Position numbers and translations under genes: made by a program. DNA of 64,000 bases from an uncultured Acidobacteriota bacterium (GTDB taxonomy: Bacteria; Acidobacteriota; UBA6911), in contig CAWJKZ010000021.1 in NCBI GenBank assembly GCA_963843575.1, forward strand, positions 224,001 through 288,000, read 5' to 3'. Positions 1 to 10,244 of the stretch are shown piece after piece. Under the pieces are notes generated by a model that did not search any database, was not told the DNA's origin, and saw only the letters and a program-made list of their open reading frames with translations. Every line of letters begins with the position of its first letter. Position 1 is the first letter of the stretch.

Positions 1-285
1 GGCATCGTGCTCATCCCCCGGTTGATGACGAGCGCAAACGCCTCGATCGGCGACGTCATCGAGCAGTACCTGGCCGCAGACTGCAACCTAGGTGCGGCGC
101 CTCTGCGTCAGCAGGCGCTGAAGTCGGGGCTGGGCGCCAGACGCGAGCACGAGCTGCTCGTCGAGATCGAGGCGGCGCTCGCCGCCGCAACCCGGGCGCG
201 TCTGGCCGGTGAGCGCGCCCGACCCGGGGTCGACCTGCTCGCCGCCGTGCGCAGCCGCCTCACTTCGCAGCGGCCTCAGCCCTGA
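1..285 (+). CDS. 3' end of a gene entering from the left edge; helical hypothetical protein
   Basis: Open frame from base 1 to TGA at 283-285, with high-GC3 codon usage. No recognisable motif. Confidence 0.45.
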   Translation, partial: GIVLIPRLMTSANASIGDVIEQYLAADCNLGAAPLRQQALKSGLGARREHELLVEIEAALAAATRARLAGERARPGVDLLAAVRSRLTSQRPQP

Positions 286-613
286 TCGCCTCGATCGGCT
301 GCGCCGGCCTCGGCGACTCGGGCTGCAGCGCGGCGGCGAGCTGCAGCTCGCCGATCGCCGCGGCGTACTCGCGCCGCGCACGGAGAGCGTCTGCCTGCTC
401 GAAGGCGCGGACAAAGAGCCCGGCCAGGACCCTGCGTGCTACCCGCCGCTCGGCCGTGTCGCGCTCCAGGGCGGCGCTCCGCCGCAGCTGGTTCAGTCTG
501 GAGTTGAACGCCCCCAGTGCCGCCTGTTTCCGGTCGGTGTCTTGCCGGGCGTGCCAGGCGCCGTACAGCTCACCGGATAATTGTCCTTTGTTGGTCGAAC
601 TGTGATTGCTCAT
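260..613 (-). pseudogene. Helical/TPR-like C-terminal fragment, probably 5'-truncated
   Basis: Coding-like high-GC3 codons from about 575 to 260 (RRVARRVLAGLFVRAFEQA...YAAAIGELQLAAALQPESP). The first codons are AT-rich and look non-coding. Confidence 0.4.
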
Positions 614-770
614 CTCTAAGGTACTTCTTTAAGATTCGAGATCCCTTCAGGCCGGCAGCGGCCTGCTCCCGCGACGTCCCTGCCTGCCAGTTTACGGTGA
701 ATACGTCGTCGAATCATGGTTGATAATTAGCCACTGAACGGCTGAGCTGCAAAGGAAAATATTCATTGCT

Positions 771-872
771 TCATCGGGGATGCGTCGGCACCTCCTCGAG
801 TTCGTAGCCGGCCTCGTGCAGCACCTGCGCCACCGACGACATGCTCGCACCCAGGCCCGGACCCACCCATCG
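771..872 (-). pseudogene. Short remnant resembling a DDE integrase-core transposase segment
   Basis: A stop-bounded minus frame reads RWVGPGLGASMSSVAQVLHEAGYELEEVPTHPR. From memory this resembles the AVARVLHEAGYELEE segment preceding rve cores. Unverified. Confidence 0.3.
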
Positions 873-1068
873 TCAAATGACCGAGCGGCACGATGACAGC
901 CGCGTGCGAATTCTGCCGTTTCATCGGCTCCGCTCCCTGGCCGATCGGCAGCGCGGAAAGTGGGATCTTGCATGAGCCGCGGCCCTGATGATAGGATCTG
1001 CTACTTATAACTAGCTTGGTCGGGCTGACTTCATATGCTGGAAGACCGCCGGGTCGCGGCGGCGGAGG

Positions 1069-2115
1069 GTGGCGTTCATGCGCAAAGTTCCTTTGTCCGA
1101 ATCGCTCAGGATCATCGGACGCGGTTCCCTCAATTGGTTTGTCGAACGTCCGATCGTGGTCTCGTTCGAGGTGACCGATTCGTGCACGTGCTGGTGCAAG
1201 CACTGCGATCACGGAGGGCCCAGGGACACGTCCAAGGACATGAAGCCGGCCGACTACCGGCGCTACATGGATGTGTTGCGCCCTGTGGTTGTACAGGTCT
1301 CGGGCGGGGAACCGCTGATGCGGCGGGATCTTGCCGACGTCGTGCGCAACATCAAGTGCGAGTCCGGGATCCCTTTCATCATCCTGGTCTCCAACTGGTC
1401 CCTGATGACGGAGGAGCGCTACCTGGCCCTGCGCCAGGCCGGCGTGGACGAGTTTTGCGTCAGCCTCGATTTCCCCGACGAACGGCACGACGAGTTCCGG
1501 CAGCACAAGGGGCTGTACCGGCATCTGAATACGCTCATGCCGAAGCTCTCGGCCCACGGCTACGACGACATACTCCTGAACAACTGCATCACGGCGGAAA
1601 ACGTCTCGGAGATCAACAAGTGCGCCGACAAGGCGCGCGAATGGGGCGTCAACATCAACTTTAGCGCCTACTCCCCCCGGCGCACCGGCTGCCGCGACTA
1701 CTTCCCCAGCACCCCCGAGCAACTCCTGGTCCTGCGCCGGGAGTTGGAGCGGGTAAAGGACAGGCTCGAGGACAACCGCTGGATCGCCACCACCGAGAGC
1801 ACGATCGAAGCGACCCTGCGCTATTTCGAGGCCGGCGGCGCCCCGGGCTGCAAGGCCGGTCAGCGCTGGCTCGTGGTGACGAGCCAGGGCGCGCTGCAGC
1901 CCTGTTCCATGCAGTTCAAGCGCTACGGCCTGACCGAGCAGCGACGCATGATCCGGGAGTTCACCGCCGTCAACGACTGCGACCAGTGTTACGTCTCGAT
2001 ACGCAGCTATCTGGACAAGACCTTTCCCCAGCTCCTGCGCGAGAACGTCTCCGGTTTCTTCTCGTTCAAATCACGCCAGCTGCGCGACGGCGCCGCCCAA
2101 CCTGCCCGCTCGTAG
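1069..2115 (+). CDS. Radical SAM protein with a C-terminal SPASM/twitch-like Cys cluster
   Basis: CTCWCKHC (CxxxCxxC), SGGEPL, VSLD motifs. C-terminal GCKAG...PC...CDQC. GGAGG just upstream of the GTG. Confidence 0.9.
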   Translation: MAFMRKVPLSESLRIIGRGSLNWFVERPIVVSFEVTDSCTCWCKHCDHGGPRDTSKDMKPADYRRYMDVLRPVVVQVSGGEPLMRRDLADVVRNIKCESGIPFIILVSNWSLMTEERYLALRQAGVDEFCVSLDFPDERHDEFRQHKGLYRHLNTLMPKLSAHGYDDILLNNCITAENVSEINKCADKAREWGVNINFSAYSPRRTGCRDYFPSTPEQLLVLRRELERVKDRLEDNRWIATTESTIEATLRYFEAGGAPGCKAGQRWLVVTSQGALQPCSMQFKRYGLTEQRRMIREFTAVNDCDQCYVSIRSYLDKTFPQLLRENVSGFFSFKSRQLRDGAAQPARS

Positions 2116-2139
2116 GTTGGACCTGAGCAGGGACTGGGA

Positions 2140-2158
2140 CCGCGTCGGCCCGACGCGG
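2140..2158. terminator. GC hairpin between convergent genes
   Basis: CCGCGTCG-gcc-CGACGCGG. Confidence 0.45.
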
Positions 2159-2172
2159 CCCCCACACCTCCT

Positions 2173-2346
2173 TCAAGTGCGGGGTGCAGCGTCCTGTCGG
2201 AGCGCCAGGCTGCGCTGGTAGGCCTTCCATCCCGGACACCACCCCGTGTGCCACCGCCAGAGACGAGCGAGCAGCGATTCCGGTTTTCTCTCCGAGTACC
2301 TCCTCAACTTACACTGTTCGCATGAGTACGTCCGTGCCTTTTCCAT
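2173..2346 (-). CDS. 57-aa Cys/His/Trp-rich small protein, possibly metal-binding
   Basis: MEKARTYSCEQCKLRR...LWRWHTGWCPGWKAYQ: CxxC plus HxxxC. ATG at 2346. Confidence 0.7.
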   Translation of the reverse strand: MEKARTYSCEQCKLRRYSERKPESLLARLWRWHTGWCPGWKAYQRSLALRQDAAPRT

Positions 2347-2475
2347 ATTTTCGCGCCCCTTTGCTACCGGGTTGTTCCAAGGTGGAACAGATGATATACC
2401 GAAGGCTTCACAATGCGGGATCGAGTTTGACCGCTGCTCGGGAATCAACACCCTGACGCTTCAGGAGGCATTCTT

Positions 2476-3048
2476 ATGAATCCGGTGCTCGAGGCAATCC
2501 GTATGCGCAGGTCGGTGAGGGCGTACGACCCTCGCCCCGTCCCCAGAGACGCCGTGGCGTCCCTGATCCAGGCTGCAATCGAGGCTCCTTCCGGCATGAA
2601 TACCCAGCCTTGGCGTTTTGTCGTCGTCGAGGATCCGTCTTTCCACCGGAAACTGGTCGCGAGGGCCGTTCCCAATTCCAGGAAGTACCTGGAGCCGTTG
2701 CGCGAGGCGGATCCGGCAAGGTTTGCCGCGATGATGCGGCGGTACGAGGAGCTGGAGGACCCGGTCTACTACTCCGCCCCAATTATCATCTTCGTCATAG
2801 GCTCCGGCCCTTATGCCGCCGATTCATGCCCGCTCGCCTGCGAAAACCTGATGCTGGCGGCGCAGTCACTCGGGTTCGGCACGTGCTGGGTCAAGCTCGG
2901 CTCGCTCGTCACGGACGATCCCGACATCGTCGGCGCCCTCGAGCTCAAGGAGGGCGAGCAGATCTTCGGGCCGATCCTGCTCGGTTACCCGAAACAGCCG
3001 CCGCCACAGGCCCCGGCCCGCAGGGCCGCCGCGGTCAAGTGGATCTGA
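2476..3048 (+). CDS. Nitroreductase family protein
   Basis: [47 protein letters not shown]. Confidence 0.93.
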   Translation: MNPVLEAIRMRRSVRAYDPRPVPRDAVASLIQAAIEAPSGMNTQPWRFVVVEDPSFHRKLVARAVPNSRKYLEPLREADPARFAAMMRRYEELEDPVYYSAPIIIFVIGSGPYAADSCPLACENLMLAAQSLGFGTCWVKLGSLVTDDPDIVGALELKEGEQIFGPILLGYPKQPPPQAPARRAAAVKWI

Positions 3049-3116
3049 GACGCGACGGCGTGACCCGGAGGGCTTTGTCTGTTACTCTCACCGGGGTATC
3101 GGGAAAGGAAAACGCG

Positions 3117-3872
3117 ATGATCACAAGAACGGTGCGGTACACGGCGGCGCTGGCGTTTGGCGTGCTGCTGGCCTGCGCGGCGGGCCGGCTGGCGGGTGCT
3201 GCGGACCCGCCGCAGTTCAGGGACCTGTTCAACGGCAGGGACCTCACCGGCTGGGTGAACGTCAACACTGACAAGGACACATGGTCTGTGCGCGATGGAA
3301 TGCTGATATGCAAGGGCAAGCCCATCGGGGTGATGCGCACCGACCGGCAATACGAGAACTTCATCCTGCACGTCGAGTGGATGCACATGGAACCGGGAGG
3401 GAACTCGGGCACCTTCATCTGGAGCGAGGGGACGCCTGCCCCGGACGGCCCGCTGCCGAAGGGACTCGAGGTACAGATGCTCGAACTCGACTGGGTCAAC
3501 CTCAATCGCGACGCGCAGGGGAATCCGCGCCCCGTGGCCTACGTGCACGGGGAGCTCTTCGGTGCCAACGGGGTGACCACCGTGCCGGACAACCCCCGCG
3601 GCACGCGCAGCATGTCGATCGAGAACCGCTGCAAGGGAAAGGGGGAGTGGAACGTCTACGACGTCGTGGCCGTCGACGGGGTCGTCAAGCTGTCGGTGAA
3701 CGGCAAATTCGTCAACGGTATCAGCCGCTCTTCGGTCAAAAAGGGATACATCTGCCTGGAGTCGGAAGGGGCCGAGATTCATTTCCGGAACATCCAGATC
3801 ATGGAACTCCCCCCCGGCGTCACCGCCGACACGCAATCGGCGCCGGTCGCGAGCGACCCGCCCTGGAGGTGA
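3117..3872 (+). CDS. DUF1080 / 3-keto-disaccharide hydrolase family, exported
   Basis: Signal peptide, [41 protein letters not shown]. Confidence 0.88.
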   Translation: MITRTVRYTAALAFGVLLACAAGRLAGAADPPQFRDLFNGRDLTGWVNVNTDKDTWSVRDGMLICKGKPIGVMRTDRQYENFILHVEWMHMEPGGNSGTFIWSEGTPAPDGPLPKGLEVQMLELDWVNLNRDAQGNPRPVAYVHGELFGANGVTTVPDNPRGTRSMSIENRCKGKGEWNVYDVVAVDGVVKLSVNGKFVNGISRSSVKKGYICLESEGAEIHFRNIQIMELPPGVTADTQSAPVASDPPWR

Positions 3873-3873
3873 C

Positions 3874-4275
3874 ATGATCCGACGCGCTGCACTCCTGTTG
3901 TCCGCCGTGCTGCTCTCGGCGGCGTTCCTGCAAACCCGACTCGTCGCGCAGTCCGCCGGCGGAGCCGCCATGCTGTCGCACGACGTGTTTTTTAGCCTCA
4001 AGGATTCTTCGGAGAGTGCCCGGGCGAGACTGGTGGAGGCCTGCCGCAAATACCTGAAGGGACACCCGGGCGAAGTTTTTTTCGCCACCGGCACCCGCGT
4101 GCAGGAGCACGTCCGGGACGTCAACGACAGGAATTTCGACGTGTCGCTGCACATCGTGTTCCGGAGCAAAGCCGACCACGACAGGTACCAGTCGGCGGAC
4201 CGGCACAAGAAGTTCATCGAGGAGAACCAGTCGGGCTGGGCGGCGGTGCGGGTCTTCGACAGCTGGATTAAATAA
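3874..4275 (+). CDS. Dabb (stress-responsive A/B barrel) protein with signal peptide
   Basis: HDVFFSLKD, FDVSLHIVF, HDRYQ..HKKFIEE, VRVFDS. Confidence 0.85.
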   Translation: MIRRAALLLSAVLLSAAFLQTRLVAQSAGGAAMLSHDVFFSLKDSSESARARLVEACRKYLKGHPGEVFFATGTRVQEHVRDVNDRNFDVSLHIVFRSKADHDRYQSADRHKKFIEENQSGWAAVRVFDSWIK

Positions 4276-4292
4276 TGCCTCCCAAAACTCGG

Positions 4293-4325
4293 AAGTGGGT
4301 CCGGGCTGAAGTCCCGGACCCACTT
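4293..4325. repeat. REP family A palindrome (collapsed doublet), likely a bidirectional terminator
   Basis: AAGTGGGTCCGGG-ctgaagt-CCCGGACCCACTT between convergent genes. Same motif at 47677, 47780 and 55478. Confidence 0.8.
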
Positions 4326-4329
4326 GTCT

Positions 4330-6105
4330 TCAGGGTGTCGTGGCGGATGATTTCGGTGTGGGGTAGTAATACCCGGAGCGGGAGTGGATCTGGTAGTCGG
4401 CCGGAGGCCGGCCGAAGTGCTCGGCGAGCCGGACCTCGATGCGCCTGAAGGTTCCCGGTTGGGGATTCCCCGGGTAGTAGCCGAGCGTGTAGCGCAGTTT
4501 GAGGCGTTCGACGGCGGTCTTGAGGGCCGCGTCGAGCGACCCGTTCCCGGCGACCTCGATGATTTCTCCCCCGGTCTCCTCTGTGATCTTCGGCACCGGG
4601 CCTGACCCTCCGATCAGGTTCGGGAGCCGCAGGGTCAGCGGCAGCGCCTCGCCGGCAGTCTTGACGCTGTAGACGACGGTCTCGGTTTCCATGGCCAGCC
4701 GGATCGTCTGGCCCAGGTCCGCGCGGGGCCTGGTCGTGGCGTGGTTGTCGGAGATCAGGATTACGGCGCGGCGGCTCTCGGGTGCCACCATGCTGAGATA
4801 GTTGACTGCGTCGTGAACGGCGTCGACGATGTTGGTGCCGCCCCCGCCGTGAATGGTCGCGATCCGATCCGCGACGCGCTGGCGGTCCGTGGTCAGCTCC
4901 TCGAGCCGCTCGGCGGCTGCGGCGAAGGAGAACAGGCAGACCTGGTCGCCCGGCTTGAGCTGCATCAGGGCGCGATAGGCGGCGTGGCGGATTTCGTTCA
5001 TGTAAGGGGCGACGCTGCCGCTGCGGTCGACGACCAGGGCGACGGCGAGCGGAAGTTCGTCGCGCGAAAGGGACTGGATCGGCTGCTCGACCCCGTCTTC
5101 AAACAACCGGAAATCCCCGCGGCCGAGGTTTTCCATGGGCCTGCCCGCGCGGTCGCGCACCAGCGCGTCGACCTGCACCAGCTGAACCGCGACGCTCAGC
5201 TTGAAGGCGTTGGGGTCGGCGGAGGCCTCCGAGCGGGGCGCCGGGGTCGGCGCAGCAGGTTCGGGTGCCGGCGCCGGCTCGATCCTGGCGACCTCGGCCG
5301 GGGGAGCGGGCACCGGCGGGGCGCGGCGGGAGAGGGTGGGCCGGGGCGCGTTGCGGGATTCGGGAACGGATTCCTCCTCCGGCACGCGAAGCTCGCCCGT
5401 GAAGGGTGCGGCGGTTCGTGCCGCGATCTCGGCGACTCGGAGCGCGGTTTCCGCGGGTATGTCCAGCCGGCGGTCGAACCTCGCCTCGAAGATGGTGTTG
5501 CGCGGCAGGTCCACGTCGGGGCCGCGGCGCAGCAGGACCTGGGCGAGGCCGACGCCCGCGCCGATGGCACCGCCGTACATTACTCCCCGCGCGCCGCCCA
5601 GTATCCCGATGACGGCGCCCTGCATCCCGCCATGCAGGACGGCGGCGGCGCTGCCGCCGCTCCCCGATTCTCCTCGGACCTTGGGGTCCGAGTCCTTCGC
5701 CTTCTCCACCGGACTGACCCCCACCCTCACGATCGAAGCCGGCAGCGGGAGGCTGGTCCCGTCGGCGAGCTGCACCTTGTCCAGGCGCAGTTGGATCTCC
5801 GAGCGCCCGGATATCCGCCCGGCACGCTTGGCGAGCGTGACGGTGCCCTGGACCACGCTGCCGCGCGGCAGCGCGACCCGGTCGCCGACGCGCACGTCGC
5901 GCAGGACCCGAAATGCGACCTTGTCCCCCTTGCGCGTGGACCGGGTGTGCAGGGATGTCTCGAGTTCGATGACGAGCTTCTCGCCTGCATCGACGCTCAC
6001 GGCTCCCGCCTCGGGCGGCGTGACCCCGGGTCGGGTCGATTGCGAACCCGACAGCGCCGCCGGAAGGCAAAGCAGCCAGGTGTAAAACGCAATGCGAGAT
6101 CTCAT
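4330..6105 (-). CDS. Exported protein: TrbI/VirB10-like beta domain + Pro-rich linker + acidobacterial VWFA domain
   Basis: Signal peptide; LPRGSVVQGTV...GRISGRSEIQL; glycine zipper; VQLVQVDALVRDRAG..DFRLFEDGVEQ; MIDAS DRSGS; YTLGYYP; RSGYY. Confidence 0.85.
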   Translation of the reverse strand: MRSRIAFYTWLLCLPAALSGSQSTRPGVTPPEAGAVSVDAGEKLVIELETSLHTRSTRKGDKVAFRVLRDVRVGDRVALPRGSVVQGTVTLAKRAGRISGRSEIQLRLDKVQLADGTSLPLPASIVRVGVSPVEKAKDSDPKVRGESGSGGSAAAVLHGGMQGAVIGILGGARGVMYGGAIGAGVGLAQVLLRRGPDVDLPRNTIFEARFDRRLDIPAETALRVAEIAARTAAPFTGELRVPEEESVPESRNAPRPTLSRRAPPVPAPPAEVARIEPAPAPEPAAPTPAPRSEASADPNAFKLSVAVQLVQVDALVRDRAGRPMENLGRGDFRLFEDGVEQPIQSLSRDELPLAVALVVDRSGSVAPYMNEIRHAAYRALMQLKPGDQVCLFSFAAAAERLEELTTDRQRVADRIATIHGGGGTNIVDAVHDAVNYLSMVAPESRRAVILISDNHATTRPRADLGQTIRLAMETETVVYSVKTAGEALPLTLRLPNLIGGSGPVPKITEETGGEIIEVAGNGSLDAALKTAVERLKLRYTLGYYPGNPQPGTFRRIEVRLAEHFGRPPADYQIHSRSGYYYPTPKSSATTP

Positions 6106-6241
6106 GGAAAGTCGCCGGTCCTTCCTGCCCGATGATCTAGATGCGGCCAGCAGTCGTCCGGTTCATACCCTTTTCGCAGGGCGGGAGGTGCGCTATATTT
6201 TCCCAACGATTCTAACGACGATTATATCAGACGGAGGGGGT

Positions 6242-6751
6242 ATGAAGGCTTGGGGCCCGATCACGTTTTGGGCTTTTGGCCTGGCGCTGCTTGCGCCGGC
6301 TCAGGCCCGCGCGGAGACGACCGCGCAGGCCGGCTTCGAGAAGCTGGCGGCACTGGCAGGCCAATGGAAGGCGGAGACGCCCGAGGGCCAGGTTGCGACC
6401 GCCAACTACAGGGTCGTATCCAACGGTAGCGCCGTGATGGAGGAGGTGACGACCCCGGACGGCGTCTCGATGGTCACGATGTATCACCTGGACGGCGACA
6501 ACCTGGTCCTCACCCACTACTGTGCGGCGAAAAACCAGCCCCGGATGAAAGCTGACCTGGGCGCCAGCAGCCCGGGAGAGTTGCGGTTCAGATTTCTCGA
6601 CGCGACCAACCTGGCGGATCGAAACACCGGCCACATGCGCGACTTGACGGTCAGGTTCCAGGACGAAAAACACATGTCGCAGGAGTGGATTTTCCGCAAG
6701 GACGGCAAGGACCAACCGCCGCACCCGTTTCATTACGAGCGCGTACGCTGA
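6242..6751 (+). CDS. Exported hypothetical beta-barrel-like protein
   Basis: GGAGG RBS, signal peptide, FEKLAALAGQW, MVTMYHLDG..LVLTHYCAAKNQPRM. Confidence 0.8.
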   Translation: MKAWGPITFWAFGLALLAPAQARAETTAQAGFEKLAALAGQWKAETPEGQVATANYRVVSNGSAVMEEVTTPDGVSMVTMYHLDGDNLVLTHYCAAKNQPRMKADLGASSPGELRFRFLDATNLADRNTGHMRDLTVRFQDEKHMSQEWIFRKDGKDQPPHPFHYERVR

Positions 6752-6768
6752 GGACCGGGCTTCCCCTG

Positions 6769-7695
6769 TCAGGTTTGGGCGCGCTTGATGACCACCAGGC
6801 TCAGGTCGTCGGTCTGCTCGGCGACGGCCTTCCGCTCACGGACGAGCGCGTCGCAGATTTCCCGCGCGCTCCCGTCGATCGAGCGCGAGACGGCGCGTTC
6901 GAGCTGCGCCTGTGTGAATGGCGACAGTGGGTCGAGCAGCCCGTCCGTGTACAGCAGCAGCACGTCCCCGTGCCCCATGAGATTCAACTCGTTGACGGTG
7001 TAGCGCTTCTTGTACCCGAGTGCCTGCTGGTAGCGGCGCGCGTCGGCTAGGTCTTCGATCGGCTGCAGCCCGATGGGCGGGTAGCTGACCAGACGGTCAG
7101 GAGAGATCTCGACAAAGCGGTCGTACTCGCGCGAGAAGACGAGCGGTGGCGGGTGGCCGGCGCTGAGGAACCTGAACCTGCCGGTCTGCCCGATCTCGCC
7201 GTAAATCAGGGTGATGAAGGATGTGGCGTCGGGGTCGGCCGCCAGGTTGCGCAGCGTGGACGATTTCAGGAAGCGGGTGTTGATCTGTTCGAACAGCCTC
7301 ACGGTGATCTCGCCGTTCAAGTCCATCTCGTACAGGGCGCCCGTGTGGAAGGCCTGGTGCAACAGGAGTGCCCGGGCGGCATCCGTGAAACCGTGGCCGG
7401 CGACGTCTGCGACGAGGACCGCCCCTTTGCGTTTCAGCCTCTGGAGCGCGTGCGCCATCCTCTCGCGTCCGCCCGCCAGCGCCTGCCGGATCCGCTGGTC
7501 CAGGTCGAAGCGTTCCTCGAAATCGACGTACGTGATCAGGTCCCCTCCGACCAGGCCGTTGAGGGGCAAGCTGACGCCGTAGATGTCGATTCCGGTCAGC
7601 CGCGGTATGGCGCCCGTGCTCGGCATCAGCCGCTGGGAAAGGTATTGCGCGCCGTCTCGCAGTTCTTCGACGATCTTCGAATCATGTGCGTCCAT
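6769..7695 (-). CDS. Stand-alone PP2C/SpoIIE-family Ser/Thr phosphatase
   Basis: VGGD, ADVAGHG, SAGHPPPL, LLYTDGL, DDLSLVVIK. Start codon uncertain (the frame is open to 7836). Confidence 0.88.
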   Translation of the reverse strand: MDAHDSKIVEELRDGAQYLSQRLMPSTGAIPRLTGIDIYGVSLPLNGLVGGDLITYVDFEERFDLDQRIRQALAGGRERMAHALQRLKRKGAVLVADVAGHGFTDAARALLLHQAFHTGALYEMDLNGEITVRLFEQINTRFLKSSTLRNLAADPDATSFITLIYGEIGQTGRFRFLSAGHPPPLVFSREYDRFVEISPDRLVSYPPIGLQPIEDLADARRYQQALGYKKRYTVNELNLMGHGDVLLLYTDGLLDPLSPFTQAQLERAVSRSIDGSAREICDALVRERKAVAEQTDDLSLVVIKRAQT

Positions 7696-7920
7696 GTTCA
7701 ACCGGTCAACTCCGCTCTCTGCCGAGGACTCGGGCGACCCTTCGAGTCCCTGGAGACGAGCCTTCCGCTCGCTTCCCGCTCTCCGGGCTCGAATAATCTC
7801 AAACGCTTTCACACCGACCGCGCCGCAAGACCCCAAATACTACAACGGGGCACGCCCACTTGCACTACCTTACCGAAGATCCCGTTTCGGCGTATAGTAT
7901 CCCGGCAAGGAGGCGCAAGC

Positions 7921-10024
7921 ATGAGGCGAGCGGCACTTTGGGCGGGCGTTGTCGTACTGATTTCCCTCTACCCGGCGCTGTACGCCGGCCAGGACCCCCG
8001 GGGACTCGCTATCACCTGAGCGGCCAGTACTCCAGGACCCGGACCATTTCCGCTGGCGCCTGCCCGACCCGTTCCCCACGAGGCAGCAGTGGGAGCAGCG
8101 CGCCGCGCAACTCCGCCGGAAGGTCCTGCTTTCGGCGGGCCTGTGGCCGGAGCGGGAACGGACGCCGCTTCGACCCGTCATCTTCGACGTCAAAGAGGGC
8201 GGTGGTTTCAAGGTCGGCAAAGTATATTTCGAGAGCTTCCCGGGATTCCTCGCCACCGGGAACATCTATTACCCGACCGCCGGGAAGCCTCCCTACCCCG
8301 CGATCCTCACCCCACACGGGCACTGGGAATACGGCCGCCTGCAGAACAGCGAGTCCGGTTCCATACCTGCCCGGTGCATCGATTTCGCCCGCCAGGGCTA
8401 CGTGGTCTTCTCCATCGACATGGTCGGTTACAACGACTCGATTCAGCTGCCGCACGACGGGGCGAAAAGCCGGGCACAACTCGCCGCCGACACTCCACTC
8501 CCCTACGAGCCGCGGCTGTTCCGGGCCGATTGGTCCTTCCCGGATGCGGAGCTCTACGGGTTCAACCTGGGGGGCATGCAGCTCTGGAACGGCATCCGCG
8601 CACTCGATTTCCTGGCCTCGCTTCCGGAGGTCGATCCGGGCCGGATCGGGGTGACTGGAGCGTCCGGCGGGGCGACTCAAACTATCCTGCTGATGGCGGC
8701 GGACCCTCGCGTCCGAGTCGCCGCGCCGGTGAACATCATCGGCGCCGAGAAACACCCGGGGTGCGGCTGCGAGAATCTGCCCGGCCTGTGGGTGGACACG
8801 TCAACCATCGAGGTGGCCGCGACCTTCGCCCCTCGGCCCCTCCTCCTGGTTTCGGCCACCGAGGACCCCTGGACGCACTCGACACCGACCCGCGAGCTGC
8901 CGATGCTCACCAGGTACTACGCGCTGTTCGATGCCCAGGATAGGATTGCGAACGTGCACGTGACGGCGGCGCACAACTACAACGCCCAAAGCCGGGCTGC
9001 CGTGTACGCGTTCTTCCGTAAGTACCTCGACCCGCCGGGTCCGCCGGTGGATGCCCCGCCCCCCGTCGCCCCGGAGATGAAGTCGCTCGGTGACCTGCGC
9101 GTTTTTCCCGACGGCGTGCTGCCCAAGGCCGCGAAGCCGGGAAGGGTGATCGCCGAGGACTGGCGCAAGAGCTCCGAGGAGGCGCTTGGCCGGGCCTTTC
9201 CGAAGGCGGCCGCGGAGGTGGAACCCTTTCGGACGGCGTTCGGCGAGGCGCTGGGGCTGGCGCTGAACGTCGAGCGGGTCGCCCCCGAATCGTTGAAGCG
9301 CGTTCCGGAAAGCGGGCCGCGCGCGGGGGGGCACGTGCGCAGAGACCGGATCACCCGGCCGGCCGGGGGGGATGCCGTGCTGCTCGAGTCGGTCCGGGCC
9401 GGCGGCAGCCCCGCGGCTGCCACCCTGATCGCCGCACCGGATTACTTCGCGCTGACGGCCGAAGAGGGTTCCGGTGCAGCTCTGCCGTGGGTCGTCCGCC
9501 TGCTTGAGCAGGGGAATGCCGTTTTCCGGGTCCGCGGTTACTCTTCGGGTGCGGCGCATATCAGCGACCGTGCCTGGGACGCCCTGTCCTGGCCCGGCTC
9601 ATACAACCGCCCCAACGAGGTGCTTGCCGTGCAGGAGATCATGACTGCGATGGCGAGCATACGGCAGGAACTGCCGGGTGTGCCGCTGACGGTGATCGGG
9701 CTGGACAGGGCTGGGGTCCCCGCGGCCTTCGCGGCCGCGCTCCAGGGCGGGGCGAACCGGGTCGTCGTGGACCTGAATGGCGAGGATCCCGGTTATGACC
9801 GGACCCTGACGCGCCTGCTCCCCGTTGGGGCGATCCGCAGGGTTGGGGACCTTCGGACCGCGCTGCTTCTCATCACAGGGCAGGTGCAGCTGGTCAATCC
9901 CGGCCCGGGTTTCGATCCGGACTGGTATCGCAACCAGGCCGCGCGTTCCGGCGCGAAGCTGGTCGTGCACGGCGCCGCGCCGTTCGCCGATGCGGCGTTC
10001 CTGGGGATCCTCTCGGCGCCGTAG
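7921..10024 (+). CDS. Exported acetylxylan esterase-like alpha/beta hydrolase with a +1 frameshift near 8000
   Basis: The signal-peptide frame (7921) stops at 8019. Removing one base from CCCCCGGGG (7995-8003) joins it to KVYFESFPG...PHGHW...DMVGYNDS...GASGGATQT...HNYN. Confidence 0.8.
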
Positions 10025-10109
10025 ACAGGACGTCACAAATAGTTGCGCATCGTCCGGAGTACGGCAAAAGACGCCGTGGCTTTGCCGGAGCGCCTCGAGA
10101 TTCTTGGAG

Positions 10110-10225
10110 ACCTTCGAGCTCTTCGAGGCTTGAAAGTGACTTGGGCCAGGTTCACAAACTGCCACGGAAGACACTGAAGAAAAGCAGAGGGCACGGAGGG
10201 CTTTCTTCGAGCCTCTTTGAGGTTG
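10110..10225. repeat. Intergenic repeat family B (roughly 9-nt periodic)
   Basis: CAAACTGCCACGGAAGACACTGAA and TTCGAGCCTCTTTGAG segments shared with 15017-15098 and 29650-29790. Confidence 0.6.
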
Positions 10226-10244
10226 GACTTTGACTTATACCGGC

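Noticed and set aside
855-867. GCCCGGACCCAC match to the REP family A end
   Set aside because: Only 12 nt with no hairpin partner, so it may be chance.
2173-2346. WRW/WxxxW peptide as a darobactin- or triceptide-type RiPP precursor for the adjacent radical SAM enzyme
   Set aside because: Opposite strand, no transporter or protease nearby, no acidic leader. The Cys/His pattern fits a folded metal-binding protein better.
8017-8019. TGA after the esterase signal peptide as selenocysteine or readthrough
   Set aside because: The downstream domain is in a different frame. A homopolymer indel explains it.
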